Assembly (NCBI RefSeq): GCF_964194155.1
Contig: NC_135883.1
Span: 19,592,001-19,656,000, forward strand
Reading direction: 5' to 3'
Source of the DNA: Cetorhinus maximus
Lineage: Eukaryota
DNA length: 64,000 bases
Positions 30,001 through 40,280 of the stretch are shown here, piece after piece (positions within the stretch are counted from its first letter, which is position 1; the number at the start of each line of letters is the position of its first letter). The translations under genes and the position numbers were made by a program. Under the pieces are notes generated by a model that saw only the letters and a list, made by a program, of their open reading frames with translations, did not search any database and was not told where the DNA came from.

Positions 30001-33000
30001 AATGAAAATTAGACAACAGTATTATGAAGCTCGGGAAGAAACTAGTAAGCAGGACCTCCAAAGTTTGTGATCTCCGGATTACCCCTGGTCCCACCTGCTA
30101 GTGAATATAGAAATAGGAGGACAGAGCAGATGAATGTGTGCCTGGAGCGATGGTGCAAGAGAGAAGGCATTGGAACTGGTTCTAGGGTGATGGGACCTGT
30201 ACAGGCCAGGCAGGTTGCACCTGAACTGAGCCGGGACCAACGTCCTTGCAGGGTGGTTTGCTAGTGCTGTTGGGGGTGTTAAGCTAACTTGGCAGGGGGT
30301 GGAAACCAGAGAGTAACATTAAAGAGGAAATCAAGGTGCACAAAGAATTGGGTAAAACAGCATTAGAGTTCAGGTATAAAGGTGGGGTCAGAGTAATAGG
30401 GAGAACAATAAAATCTAATTTAGGTTCCTTGTGCACATATGTGAATGTATGCAGTGTAGTAAATAAAATGTGTGAGCTGCAAGTGCAGATAGACACGTGA
30501 ATATGATGTGGAGATAATGAGGCCTGGCTCTAACAGGGCAGGACTGGGTACTAAATGTTCTTGGATATGAGCTGTTCTGGAAACTTGGGGAAGGAAAGAA
30601 GGGAGGAAGGTAGTACAGTCGATTACGGATAATATTACAGTGTTGGAGGGAGAGGAAAAAATTCAAGAGGGGGCCAAGGGCAGAATCTGTTTAGAGCTAA
30701 GAAGGAGTAGGGGTACCAACACGCTACTTGGGTGTATTCTATAGGTCATCAACTAGTAGGAAAGGTATAGAGGAACAAATTTGCATGGAAATTAGAGAGG
30801 TACAAAAACAGTAGAGTCATTATAATGGAGAGCTTTAACTATCCTAATACAGCTATATTTAGTTTAGCATTCATAATATGCTCCTGAAAACTGGCGTGCT
30901 AAATGAAAACATGCTAAACAAAAATCACTTTCCAAAAAGAAAACACGTAATAACGGTGAGTTACACTCCTGACCTGAAATTTTTACATTAAAAATCTATT
31001 GGCTACCTTGAACCTAGCTGGTCCAAAAATCCTCTTTCTATTTCCTACTTTCTACTTCTTTACTAATTTGCTACTCTTACTAACTCGTTATTCAGAGAGA
31101 GGACTTGGGAGAAGGAAGCAGCAAGTGGGAGGGGGCAGCAGAGGGTCGGGAGGGGAAGCAGTGAGCGGGAGGGTCGGGGAAGGGAAGCGGCGAGCAGGAG
31201 GGAGTGAGTCGGAGGTCGTTGAGAGAGGGAAGCGGTGAGTGGGAGGGTTGGCAGTGGGAAGCGGTGAATGGGAGGGAGTGAGGGGATCAGGATAGGCAGT
31301 GAACGAAGTGGCTGGGCTGGCACGGTAACTGCATTATAATGAAAATGGAGGCAGCGCTATTCAAATAAGTTCTGTTATTTACAAACCATGCTAAAATGGA
31401 AACACGCTATTAGAATGCATTTTAAACGGAGGATACCTATAGGGATTAGGATAGTAATGATGGAGGAAGAGATCCCGAAGTGTGTTCTGGAAAATTTTCT
31501 AGATTAATGTTTCCAGTCCAAGGATGGAGGAGGCATTGCTGGATCTGGTTCTGAGGAATGAGGCGAGTTACGGGTCAATAAGGGAACATTTAGTGGACAG
31601 TGATCGTTTTGGTAAAGGATACAATTTTAAAGGGGTTGCTGGAACAGAAGGGCCTGGGAGTATATGTGCAAAAATTACTGAAGGTGGCAGAGCAGATTAT
31701 GAAAGTGATTAATAAGGCATATGGGATTTTCTGCTTTATAAATAGAGGCATAGAATAATGAAGCAAATGAAGTTATGGTGAACCTTTAAAAAATACTGAT
31801 TTGACCTCAGTTGGAGTGTTGTGTCCAGTTCTGGGCACCACACTTTAGGAAACATCTGTGAAGGCATTGGAAGATGCAGAAAAGATTGGCAAGATTGGTT
31901 CCAGGGATGAGGGACATCAGTTATATGAATAGATGGAGAAGCTGGGGTAGTTCTCCTTAGCAAAGACAAGGTCGAGAGGAGATTTGGTAACGGTGTTCAA
32001 AATCACCAGGGGTCTGGACAGAGTTTACAGAGAAACTGTCCCCATTGTTGGAAAGGCTGAGAACCTGAGGACAGCGTTTTAAGATGAATGGTAAAAGAAC
32101 CATGGGCGACATGAAGAGCAGCTATTTTACACAGCGAGTGGTTAGGGTCTGGAATGAACTGCCTGAGTGTGTGGAGGAGGCATGTACAACCATGGCTTTC
32201 AAAAGAGAATTGGATAATAATCTGAAAAGAATAAAATTGCAGGGCTACAGGGAAGAGGCAAGTGAGTGGGACGAGCTGATTACTTTTGTAGGGAGTGGAC
32301 ACAGACACAACGGGCTGAATGGCCTCCTGTGTTAAACGCATTCTATGATTGTGATATTCAAAAGACCAGAGATATCAATTTGTGTTAACAAATGATTTGG
32401 CTGTTAAAATGTGAAATGTTGTGGACACAAAAAAAAATGTTCTTCCCTGGTGTCTAATGAATTCTCTGTTCTTCAAATCATTGGTATCAATTTCCAGTCT
32501 CTAATGTGTTTTTAAATTTACAATCATAGATCAAATCATGGATCGGCTAGTGTCCTTACATCACTTTGCCTCAATTTCCGCTGATTCAAGACCCATGATA
32601 CTGTTCAGTGAATGCTCTTAAGTGTACTATCTCTTGACATGTGACTTTGAAGCATATACCTGTTTGAAATTAAATAAACACGTTCATTGTAAATTTTAGT
32701 TTCTTGGAATGTAAAAATAGACTCTTCTGTCACACAGCTGTTATAGGTCAGGCATGAATACCCAAATAACCAGCTAGGTCATGCTGCACATTGCATCTTT
32801 GAGTGAAAATGTCTGAGACAGTTGCAACTATTTCGAGCTCTAGCTTTGGCAGACAGTTATGAAAATGACCATAATGGTTGACGCAAACTCCATTCAGTTG
32901 AAAATCGACACCTTACTGAACTACCTGAATGCTGAACTAGTTGTCCAATTTGTTGACCTCCCTTCTTCAGTTTGCAAATCCAGCTGTAAGCTTTGCTGCA

Positions 33001-34214
33001 TTCTTGCAGGTGTTGAAGATGGAATCACTTTGAGTATGAAGCTCTTCTAGAAAGAAGCCTTTGATTTCACTTCCACATGAATTGTTTCTTGTGGGCTTTC
33101 CTGATGTGAATCCAGTCCCTTGTCACTGCACTAATAGATAATGACACATCTTTTGGCACAGGTGACCCTAGCCTAACCTCCCCACGTCATGAGCAATAAT
33201 GCGAAAAACACATTTCCTTTGTACATTGAGTACTAACAATTGGTTTAACAGTTGATAGATCTTCAACTTCAAATAAAGAAGAATGTAGAAAAGAGGATGG
33301 TCAGATACTGTGCATGTTTGCTTCCAGTCAAATTTCCTTTGGTTACAATAGCTGTATATCCTCAAGTATCGACCTTTTTCATTCTTGAGAATCCTTTCCC
33401 AAGTTAGATATCTTGTGTATTTGTCAACATCCTGAAGCTCTTAGCAATTTATTGTACTATCACCATAGATCTGTAATTTCTCAAGCTTCTGGAGGAAACA
33501 GTTTAAATTAATTCACTCCTCTCTTGATTTCTTCTAATATTTCATAGAGAAAACATAGAAGATTACTCATGTCAGCCAAGATGCCATACAAAATCATCCC
33601 TCATAAAACGTCAAAAATAGATGATATGTAAATACTGTATGCTTAGTGCAAACATCAGGCCATTACAGTTTTATCAAACCTTTGATTCAGACTTGTATTC
33701 ATCTCTCAATATTTCCTTGCACCTGAATTTTTTTAACATCATGGCCAATATGAGTTCTGTATAGCGCCTGGAGAAAAGAACCAGTGGGACACCTTATTTC
33801 CTGATGTTAAATTCCTTTTGGGATGGCAGAGAATTTTAAAATTGGGCCACCAGAAAATAATGTAGCTCTATGAGGACAGGGATGATGAGTGAGTGGGACT
33901 TGGTACAGGATAGGATATGGGCAACAAAGCAGTGGATGAAATTGAGTTTATGGCGGGTGGAGGATGGGAAGCCACCTAGGAGAGCATTGGGATAGTGGAG
34001 TCTGAAGATGACAACGCTAGCATTAATTAAAGGAAACATTGCTTTATGGTTGCTGGAGTGCTGTTTAAATAACTACATATTTTAAAAAATATTTTGTTTC
34101 AGTTCTTTGCCTTCCAGTCGCCTAATTAGAATCCTTCGTATGCATGACCCTGAAAGAGGACAGACCACACTACCTTTCCGCTCACGAGATCAAGCTGAAG
34201 ACTCAGATGATTAA
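1..34214 (+). CDS. SMC6: SMC6, 3' half of a spliced gene; join(1..12,9203..9363,10270..10405,10506..10586,10793..10963,11058..11195,13276..13421,16289..16414,21868..21973,26069..26221,28640..28737,34103..34214)
   Basis: All exons are bounded by AG/GT and the phases chain without stops. The translation follows vertebrate SMC6 ([19 protein letters not shown], VQPGEGxKAA..[53 protein letters not shown]). The 5' part lies upstream of the window. Confidence 0.97.
1000..2440 (+). mobile_element. CR1-type LINE 3' part, with a second CR1 tail nested at ~1824-2235
   Basis: RT remnant [20 protein letters not shown]; typical CR1 3' end (FFTQRVV, gggccgaatggcct). Confidence 0.85.
2470..5580 (+). mobile_element. 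Degraded CR1-group LINE (family B), interrupted by a SINE head (~4035-4153) and a CR1 tail (~5037-5413)
   Basis: [24 protein letters not shown]; 3' end homologous to the copy at 58025-59205. Confidence 0.8.
5581..5892 (+). mobile_element. CR1 fragment nearly identical to ~1355-1667
   Basis: [24 protein letters not shown]; direct sequence match. Confidence 0.85.
5910..7265 (-). mobile_element. CR1 3' end split by the LTR-like insert at 6225-7112
   Basis: Reverse-complement CR1 tail on both sides of the insert. Confidence 0.7.
6225..7112 (+). mobile_element. Solo-LTR-like element
   Basis: TGT...CATAACA ends, internal AATAAA, interrupts a CR1; no clear TSD. Confidence 0.5.
7266..8730 (-). mobile_element. 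CR1 LINE RT/3' fragment
   Basis: [23 protein letters not shown]; [10 protein letters not shown]. Confidence 0.85.
9203..9363 (+). CDS. SMC6: SMC6 exon ([42 protein letters not shown])
   Basis: ttctag acceptor and gtttgt donor; hinge-end motif. Confidence 0.95.
10270..10405 (+). CDS. SMC6: SMC6 exon ([18 protein letters not shown])
   Basis: ttacag acceptor and gtctgt donor; phase fits; coiled coil. Confidence 0.9.
10506..10586 (+). CDS. SMC6: SMC6 exon ([27 protein letters not shown])
   Basis: ttcag acceptor and gtgagt donor; QSVDI motif. Confidence 0.93.
10793..10963 (+). CDS. SMC6: SMC6 exon ([13 protein letters not shown])
   Basis: ctag acceptor and gtgcaa donor; [19 protein letters not shown]. 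Confidence 0.92.
11058..11195 (+). CDS. SMC6: SMC6 exon ([24 protein letters not shown])
   Basis: aatag acceptor and gtatat donor; KRHYEEK motif. Confidence 0.93.
13276..13421 (+). CDS. SMC6: SMC6 exon ([33 protein letters not shown])
   Basis: cctag acceptor and gtgctt donor; EINRLR motif. Confidence 0.93.
13680..14880 (+). mobile_element. Penelope-like element 3' part (GIY-YIG endonuclease + pLTR), inserted in a Deu-SINE remnant (~13490-13680)
   Basis: [52 protein letters not shown]. Confidence 0.92.
14744..14785 (+). ncRNA. Minimal type I hammerhead ribozyme motif in the Penelope pLTR
   Basis: CTGATGA (14749), stem II gagtc-ctacg-gactt, GAAAC-GTC (14772-14779); stem I is imperfect. Confidence 0.65.
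15399..15740 (+). mobile_element. tRNA-derived Deu-domain SINE (SacSINE1-like)
   Basis: gtgtcagctgtggctca head; ggatgaggcgttaaa..ctcaggtggac core. Confidence 0.75.
16289..16414 (+). CDS. SMC6: SMC6 exon ([32 protein letters not shown])
   Basis: atcag acceptor and gtaaca donor. Confidence 0.94.
17318..17713 (-). mobile_element. tRNA-derived SINE with the family-B LINE tail
   Basis: Minus-strand A box tggtgtagtgg and B box gttcgaatcc; tail caattagggataggcaataaatgctggcc. Confidence 0.8.
17720..19310 (-). mobile_element. PIF/Harbinger remnant with a spliced Myb/SANT gene
   Basis: [28 protein letters not shown] then donor gtaagt at 18810; next exon [11 protein letters not shown]-like. Confidence 0.75.
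19310..19555 (+). mobile_element. CR1 3' tail
   Basis: ggaatgcactgcc..gggctgaacagcctcc. Confidence 0.7.
20240..21115 (+). mobile_element. Old L2 LINE fragment
   Basis: tttgtcacttctagactagatta (FVTSRLDY-like); tail gctgctatataaatgca. Confidence 0.6.
21868..21973 (+). CDS. SMC6: SMC6 exon ([35 protein letters not shown])
   Basis: aatag acceptor and gtgagt donor. Confidence 0.95.
22490..22810 (+). mobile_element. Deu-SINE fragment
   Basis: ctaggctgacacttcagtacagtact..cagtgactac..ataaatgcaag. Confidence 0.7.
23096..23691 (+). mobile_element. Non-autonomous Harbinger-type MITE
   Basis: Degenerate TIRs ggggagagtttt / agattctgccc; 3-bp TSD AAA; homologous to the copies at 39308 and 55554. Confidence 0.7.
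23778..24102 (-). mobile_element. Deu-SINE
   Basis: Reverse complement of the 15399 family. Confidence 0.8.
26069..26221 (+). CDS. SMC6: SMC6 exon with ABC signature and Walker B
   Basis: [51 protein letters not shown]; gaag acceptor and gtatgt donor. Confidence 0.97.
28640..28737 (+). CDS. SMC6: SMC6 exon ([32 protein letters not shown])
   Basis: tgcag acceptor and gtatgt donor. Confidence 0.96.
28835..29820 (-). mobile_element. CR1 LINE 3' fragment
   Basis: Reverse-complement RT (gggcctcaactattcaccatatttattaatgacttggat) and tail. Confidence 0.75.
30010..32355 (+). mobile_element. Internally deleted CR1 LINE (ORF1 esterase-like end, endonuclease start, 3' end)
   Basis: [33 protein letters not shown]; [11 protein letters not shown]; [14 protein letters not shown]. 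Confidence 0.8.
30850..31439. mobile_element. Tc1/mariner (Tigger-like) MITE inside the CR1
   Basis: TA-flanked, imperfect TIRs cagctat../..ggataccta; host CR1 sequence rejoins across it. Confidence 0.5.
33830..34040 (-). mobile_element. L2 LINE fragment
   Basis: [30 protein letters not shown], matching the L2 ORF2 C-terminus. Confidence 0.7.
34103..34214 (+). CDS. SMC6: SMC6 last coding exon ([36 protein letters not shown])
   Basis: tttcag acceptor; TAA at 34212-34214. Confidence 0.96.
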
Positions 34215-34334
34215 ATGGCTATTAACATGCATTATAAATATAGTTAAGTGGTTTTTATGTGAATGAACATTTATTTAAAAGCGTAGATGTGTACTTGTTC
34301 TTTTAATAATGAAGTAGTATATTTTGAAGGTGGA

Positions 34335-34684
34335 AATAAACTACCAGAATGGTTTTCATGTTGAAATATGTCCGTGCCACTGTTTGTTTCATAGATTAGC
34401 CCAATCTCATTTTAACTGTTCTGGGTTCAGTTTGTAGCACCTTTTAATTTATAATGATGACTTGTGTATTAATTCATGATATTTGTAAAAGCCATAACAA
34501 ATGCATAGGCATTGCACCAAACACACTTTTACCAGCAATTTTTTACATTGTCTGCATGAAGGGAAGGGTTTGGTAAGCTTTATTATCTTCTGTCTGAACA
34601 GACAAACTAATGTCTTCATGGTCAAGCCTATGGAAAATATAACATTTGTAAGTTTCAACCTTTCAATATTAAATGTACAATAAA
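34335..34684 (+). terminator. Candidate SMC6 polyadenylation signals (AATAAA at 34335 and 34679)
   Basis: Hexamers in the AT-rich 3'UTR downstream of the stop; which one is used is unknown. Confidence 0.45.
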
Positions 34685-35257
34685 AGATAATTGTCATTTT
34701 TAAAGTTTTAACTTCTGTGTATTAATTGCAAAATATAAAAATGTTGAGCTCAAAGTTTTAAATAGCCAATGAAAATGATCTTTTAAAATGATTTCTAATT
34801 TTGTATAGGTCAAAATATATTCGGAAGAGATGTGTGCACACTTGCTTTTGCAGTCATCTCTTCTCGAGATTTCGATTTTTTTCAGTGTGAAAGGAGACAC
34901 TACAAAACTTGTCCTTTTTGGAGGATTGTAAATATTGCACCTCTGCTTAAAAAAGCTATGAGGAATAGACCAAGGAACTGCTGGCCAGGCAGCCTAATAT
35001 CATTGGTGAGGAAACTTTCAGAGAGTAACCTGGGACCAAAACCAATTAGCATTTGGAAGCATACAGGCTAATAAAAGAAAATCAGCACAGATTTGTTAAT
35101 GGCACATCATGTTTGACAAACTTGATCAAATTCTTTGAAATAATGGAGAGAATTGATGAGGGTAGTGTGCTTGATATTCTTTCAAAAGGCATTTTGAAAG
35201 TGCCACATAATATACTTGTTAGCAAAATTAATGGGACTGAAAGCAGAGAGTAGTTGT

Positions 35258-35455
35258 TGGTATGTACTGTATGTTTTGTTTAGCTTGCCGTACTTTGCAA
35301 GTCAGTGCATTATGGGATCACAGAATCCATCTTGTTAGTTTGGTTGCTGAAGTAAAATAAAAATGGAAGCTGCAATGTTCAACCACCTCCGCGCCTATGT
35401 GTGCATTGATTAATCTTTGAAAAGTTATCGGCAGTGCCAGTATTGAAACATCACA
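35258..35455 (+). repeat. Gypsy 5' LTR
   Basis: TG..CA ends; direct repeat of 40093-40280, roughly 85-90% identical by eye. Confidence 0.88.
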
Positions 35456-35465
35456 AATTGGTGAC

Positions 35466-36221
35466 TTATGACCAATGCAGTTGGTAAAGTGGAGTTATTT
35501 AAAATTCCCAGAGGGAAACTTTAAACAACTGTCATAACCTATAATTTTAAGTGTTATGTTTAAGATGCGACTCTAAATTCAGGAATCAGACTACCAGTTC
35601 TCGAGGCTTTACATTAAACTAATTGAAACATTTTATTAATTTACACAGGTTAAAAATATATATACACATGGCTACAAATTACTACTATTATAACTTTTAA
35701 CAAATTCTCAAACTAATCTCCATTAAGGCAACAGCAACCCGTAGACTTAACCAAACACCAGGCAAAGGATTTTCATCTTACAAATTCAAAATTAGGTTAT
35801 TTTCACTGTGGAGCCAGTTGGAGGCTTGCAGCTGCCTTTTGATCTTACATTGCCACTGCCCTGCACACCTGAAAACTACTGAAGTTATACCTACCACCAC
35901 AATTCAAATTCTCATTGTCTCACCAGTCTCTTTGAACTTTACCTTTTAACAATGAAACCTCTTTCATTGTACCAATTTTATTAGTTAATATGAGCATATA
36001 CTTTGGTATCTGCTAGATAGGCGTCAGGTTTTCACCCCATTTCTTGAATGCTGTATTCTAAAAATACAAATGCATGCTATCTCTCTTCCATATCAAAACT
36101 AGGACCCATCAAAGCACCCAGACTAGCTGGCTTTAATCCAATTAAGACATACCCGCAGACTAAACCTCTGCTTTAAAAGAAAAATATTTTCCAAAATATA
36201 TACATTAATAGCTTCATAACA
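35466..36221 (-). mobile_element. Solo-LTR-like element inserted in the Gypsy PBS
   Basis: Perfect 5-bp TSD GTGAC (35461-35465 / 36222-36226); ends in CATAACA; second copy at 43541. Confidence 0.8.
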
Positions 36222-36758
36222 GTGACAAGGACAACAGACCTTTGCGATAATGCCACTCAAAGCAAAACTAAAGTGAAAGAGCTAGCAAAAGGAAATTGCT
36301 AGTAAAAAATGCCTACCCGGCGATACTCCTGAAGCGCAAAGTTCAAAAACAAGGCCCTGCAGAGTTAAAAGAAAAAGAATCACCCAGAAAGGAGGCTGCA
36401 GATCTAAATGTTTTGATGGTTTTAAAAGAAAAATACGTCCACAACTACGAGGATCTATTTGAGCTCGAAAAGCGCAGGAATATTACTGGGAGAGGACTGG
36501 CCAGCTGCAGACGGCCCCCGAAGTTCAAAAAAAAAAGCAACACCTGCAGAATAAAAGCAAAACAAAAAAAAAACCTTGAGGTCAAAGAGGTTCCTACATT
36601 GATTCTTCAAAGGTTTAAAAAAAAGAACACAGATACTTGCCAGGAGCCTGACAAAACAAGAAACGTGCGGGAAACTGAAAGACAGAAAGCTGACAGCTGC
36701 AGAGAAAGCCTGAAGTAAGAGTTGCAACTCTTAAAGCAGCAACACATTTAAGGCAGGA

Positions 36759-39025
36759 AATGACTACACTTACCGGACCTATGGGACATTTTAATGAGAT
36801 GGTTGAACATTGGAGCTCCTACACTGAATGCTTTGTGTTTTTTGTCCTTGGAAATGGAATTGAAAATGATAGAAAGGTGGCAACTTCCTTAAATGTGATG
36901 GGAGCTTAAACCTTTGGATTATTAAGAAGCTTGGTGAAGCCTGACAAATCTGGTTTAAAAAAAAAATTGTTTGAGGGCATTGCAAAAGTCCTGGAGACGC
37001 ATTTTCCCTCTAAGCCACTTGTCATAGCAGAGAGACTTAGGCTTCACAAAAGAAACCAGGAAGAGGGGGAAACAATTGCACGGTATGTTGCAGTATTTAA
37101 AACATTCACTGAACATTGTGAATTCAATGAGGCACTAAATGAAACTCTCAGAGACAGGTTGGTGTGTGGCCTTCATACTGAAGCAATCCAGAAGCACCTC
37201 CTGACAGAGGCTAACCTCACTTTGCAGAAAGCCTTTGAGATTGAAGTCTCCATGGAGCTGGCTGCAAAAGAAGCTCAGCAGCTGAGTGCATCAACTCGAG
37301 TGCGTAACGTGACAGCTGAGCGTGCGCACAAAATAACAAGCAGCCCAGAATGTCACTGCTGTGGAAAGCCTGGTCACTATCCACCTGAATGTTGGTGCAG
37401 AGACCTTGAACGCCGTCAGTGTGGCAAGAAGGGACACATTGAGCATGCCTGTAAAATGAGAAAAGTAGCAGTGAATCAGAAGAACGAAACCAGAGGATAA
37501 GAAACCTGCGGTCTGGTGTAACAAGAAGAAAAATCTGCATGTCTTACAGCAGGGACAGGAGGACCAGAGTGACACTGAGTCCGAAGAAGAAGGGCCCCAC
37601 CGCATCTTGTCAGTGGCAGGTGGTTGACTGGGTAACACCGCTGCTGGAGGGCCAACCGATACGTATGGAACTGGACACAGGGCCATCAGTTTCTCTGGTC
37701 CCAGATGCTGTGTATAAGGAGAAGCATAAACATCTTCCCTTGACGCCTGCAAAAATTGTTCTGAAAACATATACAGGGGAATCGGTACCTGTGATGGGCA
37801 GAACGGAAGTTAAAGTGGAACTAAGTTGACTTTTATGATGGGTGATGGGCAACTACCCAGCTTTAGGTGGACAGTCGTGGCTTGAGAAGGTCCGGTTAAA
37901 CCGGGCAGAAGTACACAGCATTGCAAAAAGAAGAAACTGGTCTGACAGCCGTTAAACAAAGAATATGCTGTTGTTTTCAAAGGAGATTTGGGAAGCATGA
38001 AGGAAATTACCATAAAATTGAATATCAAAGCTGACTCTCAACCAATATTTCTGAAGGCCGGAACCTTATATGCCTTATACCATATGACCAAAACTCGAAG
38101 CTGACCTGGAGCGTCTAGTCAAGATAGGTGTCTTGGTTTCCCATAGTGAATGAGCACCCATCATTCCAGTGCTCAAGAAAGACAGCTCCACACGCATATG
38201 TGGAGCTTTCAAGGTTACTGTTAACCCCGTGTTGTGTGCTGAACACTATCCACTTCCCCATATTGATGGCTTTTTTGCTGGCCTGGTTGGTGGACAGAAA
38301 TTCAGCAAAGTAGATCTATACCAGGCCTACTTACAAATGCACATTGATGAGAAGTCAAGGATATCTCACCATCACAACACACAAGGGACTGTACCGATAT
38401 TGCTGCTTGCCTTTTCGAATAACATCAGCTCCAGCCTTGTTTCAGAGGGCCATGGACCAGATCCTGAGTGGCTTGCCTGGAGTTCAGTGCTACCTTGATG
38501 ACATCTTGGTAATGGGCAAGACTGTTGAGGATCATCTCAAGAACTTGGATGCCACCCCACAAAGGCTAGAGGAGTAAGGTCTATGGGTTCGCAAAGACAA
38601 ATGTGAGTTTTTTCAGCCCTCTGTTGGAATATTTGGGGCACGTCATTGATGCTGCTGGGCTTCAAAAAGCACCCTCCAAGTTCAAGGCTATTGCAGATGC
38701 CCCAGCTCCTCAGAGTACCAGCCAGCTTCACTTGCTCTTAGGGCTGATGTTGGCTGCTCACACATATGACATCAAATATCAAAACTCGACTTTGCATGCC
38801 AATGAGGATGGTCTTTCAAGGCTGCCACAACCAGGCAGCCTTATGGATACTGCTCAGGAAGACATCTACTTTGCACATGTGGAGAACACACCCATCGCTT
38901 CACTCCAAATCAAGAAGGCCACTCGAGTGGACCCAACATTGTCCAAAGTCATGGTGATGCATGGCAACTTTTCCCTGAACTTCCTAGTCTCACCTGGCAG
39001 AGAGGTGTTGACCAATTGTCGCTAA
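36759..39025 (+). pseudogene. Gypsy gag-pol remnants
   Basis: LRDRLVCGL, ELDTGPSVSL, YPLPHID, SAPALFQRAMDQILSGLPGVQCYLDDIL, HANEDGLSRLP; multiple stops and frameshifts. Confidence 0.9.
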
Positions 39026-39307
39026 GCCAAGCATCATCTAAGGATACATCTCTTGTGGAAGAGCCTGATCTCACCACTTAGAGTGAGTCACCTCCAAGTC
39101 AAGGAATGTCGACTCCAGTCTTACCTCCTCAGTCTAACTTGACTGAAGTTGAAGTCATCTCACATTCACCTGCATTAGACACTACTTCAGATTCTGCTAC
39201 AAGTCCTAAGTTGTCATCAGTCTCCAATGAACATTACTCTGTAACATCACCAGAAGTCCACTGTAACCCACACCAGGAGAGAAGACCTCCTGAAAGTCTG
39301 AGTTATA

Positions 39308-39952
39308 GGGCAAGATTTTTTAGTCGGTGTGCGGGGGCAGGCCCGACACACTGACGCGCGATGATGTCGGGCATGCGTCCCGATGTCATCGAGCTGTCTC
39401 GCAATGTTTCAGTCAGCGGGCACACACGGAAGTCGGCTGCACGCCCACCAATATTTAAACGACCTATTAAGGCCATTAAGGAAGTATTTAATGTCATTGT
39501 TAATGCTGCTCGAACAACTTTATGGTTGGCGGGCAGGCGAAAAGCCCAAGTTGCCTTCGCGTTTTTTTAGGAAACCTCATCCACAAGCGGGATGAGGTTT
39601 CCTAAAGCGCTTATTAATTAAATAAATTTTTTTAATGAAATATAAAATTACGCCCAATCTCACGTGACACAGTCACATGATGGGACATGCTTAAATAAAT
39701 TTTCAAGCCATTTATTTAATTATTTCAACATCGATTCAATCTCCCTGAGGCAGCTCCGTGCCTCGGAGACTGACCCGCTCTTTCGCGTGCATGGGGGAAA
39801 AGACCGTTGGCCCCGACTCTCTCTCCCTCCTGCTGCCCGCATGGGTAGCGCTGAGCGCCACAGCTCGTGCCTTGTGCTGGGCTGGCCTTAAATGGCCCGC
39901 CCTCGTAAAATGGAGACCGCTCCCGCCGAGTTCACCCGCCGCCTGAAAAATG
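39308..39952 (-). mobile_element. Harbinger-type MITE inside the Gypsy element
   Basis: gggcaagattttt terminus; same internal blocks as the 23096 copy in reverse order. Confidence 0.7.
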
Positions 39953-40092
39953 TGTGTTTTTTGGCAGGGTGGGGGGGGCAGGGTAACCCCCAGTGTTGGG
40001 CTGGGAATAGAGGCAGTCTACCCTCCTTCCCTAGTTCAGAAAATGTTTTGTTGAACTGACATTTCCTATAAGGTCGGTGGGGGGGAGGAATA

Positions 40093-40280
40093 TGTTATGC
40101 CTTGTTTAGCTTGCTGTACTTTGCAAGCCAGTGCACTATGGGGTCACAGAATCCATCTCGTTAGCTCGGTTGCTGAAGTAAAATAAAACAGAAGCTGCAA
40201 TGTTCAATCACCTCTGCGCCTATTTGTGTATTGATTAATCTTCGAAAAGTTATCGGCGTTATCAGTATTAAAACGTAACA
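40093..40280 (+). repeat. Gypsy 3' LTR
   Basis: Follows the polypurine tract; TGTTATG..GTAACA. Confidence 0.9.

Larger units (their letters stand above)
35258..40280 (+). mobile_element. Decayed Ty3/Gypsy LTR retrotransposon
   Basis: Paired LTRs; TSD gttgt/gtggt; gag with zinc knuckles (CHCCGKPGHYPPEC); protease ELDTG; RT YLDD; PPT ggggggaggaata; integrase mostly deleted. Confidence 0.92.
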
